Shown piece by piece: positions 54,401 through 64,000 of a stretch of 64,000 bases of DNA (within the stretch, counting starts at the first letter, position 1; the number at the start of each line of letters is the position of its first letter). Below the pieces are notes generated by a model that saw only the letters and a program-made list of their open reading frames with translations, had not been told where the DNA came from and made no database searches. The stretch lies in assembly GCF_009914755.1 (NCBI RefSeq), contig NC_060948.1, one strand, 5' to 3'. Made by a program: the position numbers and the translations under genes. This DNA is from the human T2T-CHM13v2.0 reference genome, Homo sapiens.

Positions 54401-57400
54401 GGTCTGGAATGGAATGAACACGAATGTAATGCAATCCAATAGAATGGAATCGAATGGCATGGAATATAAAGAAATGGAATCGAAGAGAATGGAAACAAAT
54501 GGAATGGAATTGAATGGAATGGAATTGAATGGAATGGGAACGAATGGAGTGAAATTGTATGCAGTAGAAGGGAATAGAATGGAATGCAAGCGAAAGGAAA
54601 GGAATGGATTGGAATGGAATGGAATTCATTGGAATGGAAGGGAATGTAGTGTAATGGACAGGCCTGGAATAAAGTGGAATGCTACGGTCTCGAATGGAAT
54701 AAAAATGTATGGAATGGAATGCAATGAAACGGAATCGAATGTCATAGAATGTAATGGAATGCAACAAAATGGAATCCAAAATCATTGACTGGAAAGGCTG
54801 GGTGTCGAAAGGAATTGACTCCAATGGAATGGAATCGAATGGAATGGAAGTGAATAGAATCGAACTAAATCGAATGGAATGGAATTGATAGGAACGGAAT
54901 GGAAAGGAATGCAATGATTTGGCATGGAATGGAATCGAATGGCATCGAATGGAATGGAATGGAATGCAATGGAATGGAATGTATTAGAATGGAATGAACT
55001 TTAATGGAATGTACTCGAATGGATTCGACTGGAATGGAATGTTCTGGAAGTGAATGGACTCCAATGGAATGGATTCAAAAGGAATGGAATCGTACGGAAT
55101 GGAATCTAATGGAATGGAATTAAATGGAAATGAATCAAATTGAATAGCACGGAATTGAATTGAATGGAATGGAATGCAATGGAATCTAATGAAACGGAAA
55201 GGAAAGGAATGGAATGGAATGGAATGGGCTGGAATGGAAAGGAATCGAAACGAATGGAATGGAATCGAACTGAAGAGACTGGAATGGAATGCACTGGAAT
55301 GGAAGGGAGTGTAATGGAAGGTTCTCGAAAAAAATGGAATGGAATGGAATGGAATTGAATGGAACGGAATAGAGTCGAATGGAATTGAATGGAATGGAAT
55401 GGACTAGAGTGAAATGGAATCGAACCACAAGGAATGGACAGGAATAGAATGGTCTCGAATTGAATGGAATCGTATGGAATGGCATCAAACGGAATGGAAT
55501 GGACAGCCACGGAATGGAATGCACTCGAATGCAATGGAGTCGAAACTAATGGACTGGAATAGAATGGACTCGACTGGTACGGACTCCAATGGAATGGAAT
55601 CGAATGGAAGGGAATCGAACGGAATGGACTCGAAGGGAAAAGACTGCAATGGAAAGGTCTCGAATGGAATGGAAATTAATGGAATGGAATGGAATCGAAT
55701 GAAATGGAGTCAAAAGGAATGGAATCGAATGGCAAGAAATCGAATGTAATGGAATCGCAAGGAATTGATGTGAACAGAACGGAATGGAATGGAATCCAAA
55801 GGAATGGAATAGAATGGAATGGAATCGAATGGAAAGGACTCGAATGGAAATCACTCGAATAGAATGCAATTTAATAAAATAGGATCAAATGTAATGGAAT
55901 GGAATGGAAAGGAATCGAAACGAAAGGAATGGAGACAGATGGAATGGAATGGAACAGAGAGCAATGGTATAGAATGGAATGGAATCATCTGGAATGGAAT
56001 TGAATGGAATGGAATAATATGAAATGGAATGGAATGGAATGGAATGGAATGCCCTTGAATTAAATGGACTGGAATGGAATGGACTCGAACAGAGTGGAAT
56101 GGAAAGTGTTGAGATAGAATGGAATGGACTCCTTTGGAATGGTCTAGTATGCAATGCAATCGACTGTCAGGGAATCAAAAGGAATGTAATCGAATGGATT
56201 GGACTGGAATGCAATGGACTCGAATAGATTGGAAACGGAATGCAAAGGAATGGAATGGAATAGTATGGAATGGAATGGAAAGGAATGGAGTGGAATAGAC
56301 TAGAGTGGAATGGAATGGACTGGAAAGCAATGGACTGGAATGGAACTTTCTTGAATGGACTGGAATCAAACGGAATGGAATGCAATGCAATCAAATGGCA
56401 TGGAATAAAATAGAATGAAAGAGAATCAAATGGAATTGAATCGAATGGAATCGAATGGATTGTAAAGGAATAGAATGGAATGGAATGGAATTGACTCAAA
56501 TGGAATGGACTAGAATGGAATGGATTCGAATGGAAGGCAAAGGAATGGAATCTATTGGAATGGACTGTAATGGAATGGAATGGAAGGGATTGGAATGGAC
56601 TCGAATGGAATGGACTGCAATAGAAAGGATTCGAATGGAATGAAAAAGAATTGAATGGAATAGAACAGAATGGAATCAAATCGAATGAAATGGAATGGAA
56701 TAGAAAGGAATGGAATGAAATGGAATGGAAAGGATTCGAATGGAATGCAATCGAATGGAATGGAATCGAACGGAATGGAATAAAATGGAAGAAAACTGGC
56801 AAGAAATGGAATCGAAATGAATGGAGTGTTATGGAACGGACTCAAAAGGAATTGAATGTAATAGAATGGAGTGGAGTGGACTCGAATATAATGGACTGGA
56901 ATGGAATGAAATCACATGGAATGGGAACGAATGGAATGGAATGGAAAGGAATGGACTCGAATGGAAAGGAATCGAATGGAAGGGAATGAAATTGAATCAA
57001 CAGGAATGGAAGGGAATAGAATAGACGGTAATGGAATGGACTCGAATAGAATGGACACGAATGCTCAAATTGAATGGATTCGAATGGAATGGAAACGAAA
57101 GGAATGTCATCGAATGGAATTGAATCGATTGGAATGAAATCGCATAGAATGGAGTGGAATCAAATGGAATTGAATCGAAAGGAAAGGAAGCGAATGGACT
57201 GAAATGAAATGGAATGGAATTGAATGGAAAGTAATGCAATGGAATAGAATGGAACGAAATTTCACGGAATGGAATCAAACTGAATGGAATCAAATCAATG
57301 GAATCTAATCAAATGGAATGGAAAGGAATTGAATGGAGTAGATTGGATTGGATGGGATTGGAATGAAATGTACTGGAAAGGACTCGAATTTCATGAAACG

Positions 57401-60400
57401 GAATGGAATGAATTGGAACGGAATGGACTCGAATGGAATGGAATGTCATGGAATGGCATCGAATGGAATGGCATCAAATGGAATGGAATCGAATGCAATG
57501 GAATGTTATGGAATGGAATGGAATGCATTGGAATGGAATGTCCTCTAATGGAATGGATTCGAGTGGAATGGAATCGAATATAATGGAGTCGAATGAAATG
57601 GAATTGAAAGGAATGGGATCGAATAGAATGGAATATACTGGAATGTAATGTAATGAACACGAATGTAATTGACTGGAATGGAATGTACATGAATGGAAGG
57701 TAATCGAATGGAAAGTAATCCAATGGAATAGAATCTAATGCAATAAAACCGAATCAGATAGAGTAGAATGTAATGGAATGGAGTGCAGTGCAATGGAATG
57801 GAATGGAATTGAATGCAATGGAATGGAATGGAATGGAATGGAATGGAATGGAATGGAATGGAATGGTATGGAATGGATAGTAATGGACTGGAGTGAAATG
57901 GACTGGAAAGGAATGGACTCAAATTGAAAGGGCTCGAAAGGAATGGAGTCAAATGGAATGGTCTGGAATGGAATGAACACGAATGTAATGCAATCCAATA
58001 GAATGGAATCGAATGGCATGGAATATAAAGAAATGGAATCGAAGAGAATGGAAACAAATGGAATGGAATTGAATGGAATGGAATTGAATGGAATGGGAAC
58101 GAATGGAGTGAAATTGTATGCAGTAGAAGGGAATAGAATGGAATGCAAGCGAAAGGAAAGGAATGGATTGGAATGGAATGGAATTCATTGGAATGGAAGG
58201 GAATGTAGTGTAATGGACAGGCCTGGAATAAAGTGGAATGCTACGGTCTCGAATGGAATAAAAATGTATGGAATGGAATGCAATGAAACGGAATCGAATG
58301 TCATAGAATGTAATGGAATGCAACAAAATGGAATCCAAAATCATTGACTGGAAAGGCTGGGTGTCGAAAGGAATTGACTCCAATGGAATGGAATCGAATG
58401 GAATGGAAGTGAATAGAATCGAAATAATTGGAATGGAATGGAATTGATAGGAACGGAATGGAAAGGAATGCAATGATTTGGCATGGAATGGAATCGAATG
58501 GCATCGAATGGAATGGAATGGAATGCAATGGAATGGAATGTATTAGAATGGAATGAACTTTAATGGAATGTACTCGAATGGATTCGACTGGAATGGAATG
58601 TTCTGGAAGTGAATGGACTCCAATGGAATGGATTCAAAAGGAATGGAATCGTACGGAATGGAATCTAATGGAATGGAATTAAATGGAAATGAATCAAATT
58701 GAATAGCACGGAATTGAATTGAATGGAATGGAATGCAATGGAATCTAATGAAACGGAAAGGAAAGGAATGGAATGGAATGGAATGGGCTGGAATGGAAAG
58801 GAATCGAAACGAATGGAATGGAATCGAACTGAAGAGACTGGAATGGAATGCACTGGAATGGAAGGGAGTGTAATGGAAGGTTCTCGAAAAAAATGGAATG
58901 GAATGGAATGGAATTGAATGGAACGGAATAGAGTCGAATGGAATTGAATGGAATGGAATGGACTAGAGTGAAATGGAATCGAACCACAAGGAATGGACAG
59001 GAATAGAATGGTCTCGAATTGAATGGAATCGTATGGAATGGCATCAAACGGAATGGAATGGACAGCCACGGAATGGAATGCACTCGAATGCAATGGAGTC
59101 GAAACTAATGGACTGGAATAGAATGGACTCGACTGGTACGGACTCCAATGGAATGGAATCGAATGGAAGGGAATCGAACGGAATGGACTCGAAGGGAAAA
59201 GACTGCAATGGAAAGGTCTCGAATGGAATGGAAATTAATGGAATGGAATGGAATCGAATGAAATGGAGTCAAAAGGAATGGAATCGAATGGCAAGAAATC
59301 GAATGTAATGGAATCGCAAGGAATTGATGTGAACGGAACGGAATGGAATGGAATCCAAAGGAATGGAATAGAATGGAATGGAATCGAATGGAAAGGACTC
59401 GAATGGAAATCACTCGAATAGAATGCAATTTAATAAAATAGGATCAAATGTAATGGAATGGAATGGAAAGGAATCGAAACGAAAGGAATGGAGACAGATG
59501 GAATGGAATGGAACAGAGAGCAATGGTATAGAATGGAATGGAATCATCTGGAATGGAATTGAATGGAATGGAATAATATGAAATGGAATGGAATGGAATG
59601 GAATGGAATGCCCTTGAATTAAATGGACTGGAATGGAATGGACTCGAACAGAGTGGAATGGAAAGTGTTGAGATAGAATGGAATGGACTCCTTTGGAATG
59701 GTCTAGTATGCAATGCAATCGACTGTCAGGGAATCAAAAGGAATGTAATCGAATGGATTGGACTGGAATGCAATGGACTCGAATAGATTGGAAACGGAAT
59801 GCAAAGGAATGGAATGGAATAGTATGGAATGGAATGGAAAGGAATGGAGTGGAATAGACTAGAGTGGAATGGAATGGACTGGAAAGCAATGGACTGGAAT
59901 GGAACTTTCTTGAATGGACTGGAATCAAACGGAATGGAATGCAATGCAATCAAATGGCATGGAATAAAATAGAATGAAAGAGAATGAAATGGAATTGAAT
60001 CGAATGGAATCGAATGGATTGTAAAGGAATAGAATGGAATGGAATGGAATTGACTCAAATGGAATGGACTAGAATGGAATGGATTCGAATGGAAGGCAAA
60101 GGAATGGAATCTATTGGAATGGACTGTAATGGAATGGAATGGAAGGGATTGGAATGGACTCGAATGGAATGGACTGCAATAGAAAGGATTCGAATGGAAT
60201 GAAAAAGAATTGAATGGAATAGAACAGAATGGAATCAAATCGAATGAAATGGAATGGAATAGAAAGGAATGGAATGAAATGGAATGGAAAGGATTCGAAT
60301 GGAATGCAATCGAATGGAATGGAATCGAACGGAATGGAATAAAATGGAAGAAAACTGGCAAGAAATGGAATCGAAATGAATGGAGTGTTATGGAACGGAC

Positions 60401-60555
60401 TCAAAAGGAATTGAATGTAATAGAATGGAGTGGAGTGGACTCGAATATAATGGACTGGAATGGAATGAAATCACATGGAATGGGAACGAATGGAATGGAA
60501 TGGAAAGGAATGGAATCGAATGGAAAGGAATCGAATGGAAGGGAATGAAATTGAA
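21418..60555 (+). repeat. DYZ1 units 7-17, homogenised sub-block (3554, 3569, 3549, 3563, 3554, 3549, 3554, 3564, 3559, 3564, 3559 bp)
   Basis: Anchor spacings; all share GGCATCGAA, GAACACGAATGTAATT, AAACCGAATC, GACTGTCAGG, GGATTGTAAA; near-identical ORF translations. Confidence 0.95.
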
Positions 60556-63500
60556 TCAACAGGAATGGAAGGGAATAGAATAGACGGTAATGGAATGGAC
60601 TCGAATAGAATGGACACGAATGCTCAAATTGAATGGATTCGAATGGAATGGAAACGAAAGGAATGTCATCGAATGGAATTGAATCGATTGGAATGAAATC
60701 GCATAGAATGGAGTGGAATCAAATGGAATTGAATCGAAAGGAAAGGAAGCGAATGGACTGAAATGAAATGGAATGGAATTGAATGGAAAGTAATGCAATG
60801 GAATAGAATGGAACGAAATTTCACGGAATGGAATCAAACTGAATGGAATCAAATCAATGGAATCTAATCAAATGGAATGGAAAGGAATTGAATGGAGTAG
60901 ATTGGATTGGATGGGATTGGAATGAAATGTACTGGAAAGGACTCGAATTTCATGAAACGGAATGGAATGAATTGGAACGGAATGGACTCGAATGGAATGG
61001 AATGTCATGGAATGGCATCGAATGGAATGGCATCAAATGGAATGGAATCGAATGCAATGGAATGTTATGGAATGGAATGGAATGCATTGGAATGGAATGT
61101 CCTCTAATGGAATGGATTCGAGTGGAATGGAATCGAATATAATGGAGTCGAATGAAATGGAATTGAAAGGAATGGGATCGAATAGAATGGAATATACTGG
61201 AATGTAATGTAATGAACACGAATGTAATTGACTGGAATGGAATGTACATGAATGGAAGGTAATCGAATGGAAAGTAATCCAATGGAATAGAATCTAATGC
61301 AATAAAACCGAATCAGATAGAGTAGAATGTAATGGAATGGAGTGCAGTGCAATGGAATGGAATGGAATTGAATGCAATGGAATGGAATGGAATGGAATGG
61401 AATGGAATGGAATGGAATGGAATGGTATGGAAAGGATAGTAATGGACTGGAGTGAAATGGACTGGAAAGGAATGGACTCAAATTGAAAGGGCTCGAAAGG
61501 AATGGAGTCAAATGGAATGGTCTGGAATGGAATGAACACGAATGTAATGCAATCCAATAGAATGGAATCGAATGGCATGGAATATAAAGAAATGGAATCG
61601 AAGAGAATGGAAACAAATGGAATGGAATTGAATGGAATGGAATTGAATGGAATGGGAACGAATGGAGTGAAATTGTATGCAGTAGAAGGGAATAGAATGG
61701 AATGCAAGCGAAAGGAAAGGAATGGATTGGAATGGAATGGAATTCATTGGAATGGAAGGGAATGTAGTGTAATGGACAGGCCTGGAATAAAGTGGAATGC
61801 TACGGTCTCGAATGGAATAAAAATGTATGGAATGGAATGCAATGAAACGGAATCGAATGTCATAGAATGTAATGGAATGCAACAAAATGGAATCCAAAAT
61901 CATTGACTGGAAAGGCTGGGTGTCGAAAGGAATTGACTCCAATGGAATGGAATCGAATGGAATGGAAGTGAATAGAATCGAACTAAATCGAATGGAATGG
62001 AATTGATAGGAACGGAATGGAAAGGAATGCAATGATTTGGCATGGAATGGAATCGAATGGCATCGAATGGAATGGAATGGAATGCAATGGAATGGAATGT
62101 ATTAGAATGTAATGAACTTTAATGGAATGTACTCGAATGGATTCGACTGGAATGGAATGTTCTGGAAGTGAATGGACTCCAATGGAATGGATTCAAAAGG
62201 AATGGAATCGTACGGAATGGAATCTAATGGAATGGAATTAAATGGAAATGAATCAAATTGAATAGCACGGAATTGAATTGAATGGAATGGAATGCAATGG
62301 AATCTAATGAAACGGAAAGGAAAGGAATGGAATGGAATGGAATGGGCTGGAATGGAAAGGAATCGAAACGAATGGAATGGAATCGAACTGAAGAGACTGG
62401 AATGGAATGCACTGGAATGGAAGGGAGTGTAATGGAAGGTTCTCGAAAAAAATGGAATCGAATGGAATGGAATTGAATGGAACGGAATAGAGTCGAATGG
62501 AATTGAATGGAATGGAATGGACTAGAGTGAAATGGAATCGAACCACAAGGAATGGACAGGAATAGAATGGTCTCGAATTGAATGGAATCGTATGGAATGG
62601 CATCAAACGGAATGGAATGGACAGCCACGGAATGGAATGCACTCGAATGCAATGGAGTCGAAACTAATGGACTGGAATAGAATGGACTCGACTGGTACGG
62701 ACTCCAATGGAATGGAATCGAATGGAAGGGAATCGAACGGAATGGACTCGAAGGGAAAAGACTGCAATGGAAAGGTCTCGAATGGAATGGAAATTAATGG
62801 AATGGAATGGAATCGAATGAAATGGAGTCAAAAGGAATGGAATCGAATGGCAAGAAATCGAATGTAATGGAATCGCAAGGAATTGATGTGAACGGAACGG
62901 AATGGAATGGAATCCAAAGGAATGGAATAGAATGGAATGGAATCGAATGGAAAGGACTCGAATGGAAATCACTCGAATAGAATGCAATTTAATAAAATAG
63001 GATCAAATGTAATGGAATGGAATGGAAAGGAATCGAAACGAAAGGAATGGAGACAGATGGAATGGAATGGAACAGAGAGCAATGGTATAGAATGGAATGG
63101 AATCATCTGGAATGGAATTGAATGGAATGGAATAATATGAAATGGAATGGAATGGAATGCCCTTGAATTAAATGGACTGGAATGGAATGGACTCGAACAG
63201 AGTGGAATGGAAAGTGTTGAGATAGAATGGAATGGACTCCTTTGGAATGGTCTAGTATGCAATGCAATCGACTGTCAGGGAATCAAAAGGAAAGTAATCG
63301 AATGGATTGGACTGGAATGCAATGGACTCGAATAGATTGGAAACGGAATGCAAAGGAATGGAATGGAATAGTATGGAATGGAATGGAAAGGAATGGAGTG
63401 GAATAGACTAGAGTGGAATGGAATGGACTGGAAAGCAATGGACTGGAATGGAACTTTCTTGAATGGACTGGAATCAAACGGAATGGAATGCAATGCAATC

Positions 63501-64000
63501 AAATGGCATGGAATAAAATAGAATGAAAGAGAATCAAATGGAATTGAATCGAATGGAATCGAATGGATTGGAAAGGAATAGAATGGAATGGAATGGAATG
63601 GACTAGAATGGAATGGATTCGAATGGAAGGCAAAGGAATGGAATCTATTGGAATGGACTGTAATGGAATGGAATGGAAGGGATTGGAATGGACTCGAATG
63701 GAATGGACTGCAATAGAAAGGATTCGAATGGAATGAAAAAGAATTGAATGGAATAGAACAGAATGGAATCAAATCGAATGAAATGGAATGGAATAGAAAG
63801 GAATGGAATGAAATGGAATGGAAAGGATTCGAATGGAATGCAATCGAATGGAATGGAATCGAACGGAATGGAATAAAATGGAAGAAAACTGGCAAGAAAT
63901 GGAATCGAAATGAATGGAGTGTTATGGAACGGACTCAAAAGGAATTGAATGTAATAGAATGGAGTGGAGTGGACTCGAATATAATGGACTGGAATGGAAT
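60556..64000 (+). repeat. DYZ1 unit 18 (truncated by the window end; 25 bp shorter than unit 17 over the shared span)
   Basis: Tract 2 = 3 pentamers; 15-bp deletion near 63600. Confidence 0.93.

Larger units (their letters stand above)
1..64000 (+). repeat. DYZ1: Human Satellite III (HSat3) tandem array, DYZ1 family (Yq12 heterochromatin); ~18 copies of a ~3.56 kb higher-order unit built of degenerate GGAAT pentamers
   Basis: GGAAT/CGAAT/GGACT/TGAAT/CAAAT pentamers throughout. Landmark motifs (TCAACAGG, GACAGGCCTGG, GGCTGGGTGTCG, CAGCCACGG, TGCCCTTG) recur every 3539-3574 bp. There is one EcoRI and one HaeIII site per unit. DYZ1 is known as a ~3.56 kb EcoRI / '3.4 kb' HaeIII male-specific repeat. 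Confidence 0.97.

Noticed and set aside
1-64000. Hundreds of ORFs (MEWNG... on +, FHSIP... on -), up to 318 aa (9595-10551)
   Set aside because: They are direct translations of (GGAAT)n/(ATTCC)n, which lacks stop codons. They recur with the repeat, are made and broken by 5-bp slippage, and show no domains or sign of coding constraint.
1-64000. CRISPR-like repeat/spacer arrangement
   Set aside because: There are no unique spacers or constant 23-47 bp repeats and no cas genes; the variation is degenerate pentamers in a eukaryotic satellite.
1-64000. HSat2 or chromosome 9/acrocentric HSat3 assignment
   Set aside because: It lacks the dominant CATTCGATTC / 23-26 bp HSat2 pattern; the 3.56 kb period with single EcoRI and HaeIII sites fits DYZ1.
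1-64000. DYZ2 (HSat1B/Alu) block, transposon insertion or inversion
   Set aside because: No AT-rich non-pentamer or Alu sequence and no strand switch were seen; unit lengths are fully explained without insertions.

Overview
The whole window is one uninterrupted, single-orientation array of human Satellite III (degenerate GGAAT pentamers on the + strand), organised as a ~3.55-3.57 kb higher-order unit. Unit length, one EcoRI site and one HaeIII/StuI site per unit, and matches to the sexing-primer sequences as I recall them identify it as DYZ1 from Yq12 heterochromatin. It holds 17 complete units and one nearly complete unit. Unit starts, using the arbitrary anchor TCAACAGG, are 39, 3613, 7172, 10746, 14305, 17844, 21418, 24972, 28541, 32090, 35653, 39207, 42756, 46310, 49874, 53433, 56997 and 60556. 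I see no genes, RNA genes, transposons, DYZ2 block or inversion; all ORFs are translation artefacts of the pentamer. I cannot support a new protein-coding system. The notable structure is: (i) three perfect in-phase heat-shock elements (nGAAnnTTCnnGAAn) per unit, about 50 in the window; (ii) a heterogeneous left block (units 1-5) changing through a mosaic unit 6 to a homogenised right block (units 7-18); (iii) length variation almost entirely in 5- and 15-bp steps from two slippage hotspots, plus one compensating -1/+1 indel pair; (iv) staggered allele sharing between non-adjacent units. All variant calls were made by eye and need confirming by alignment.
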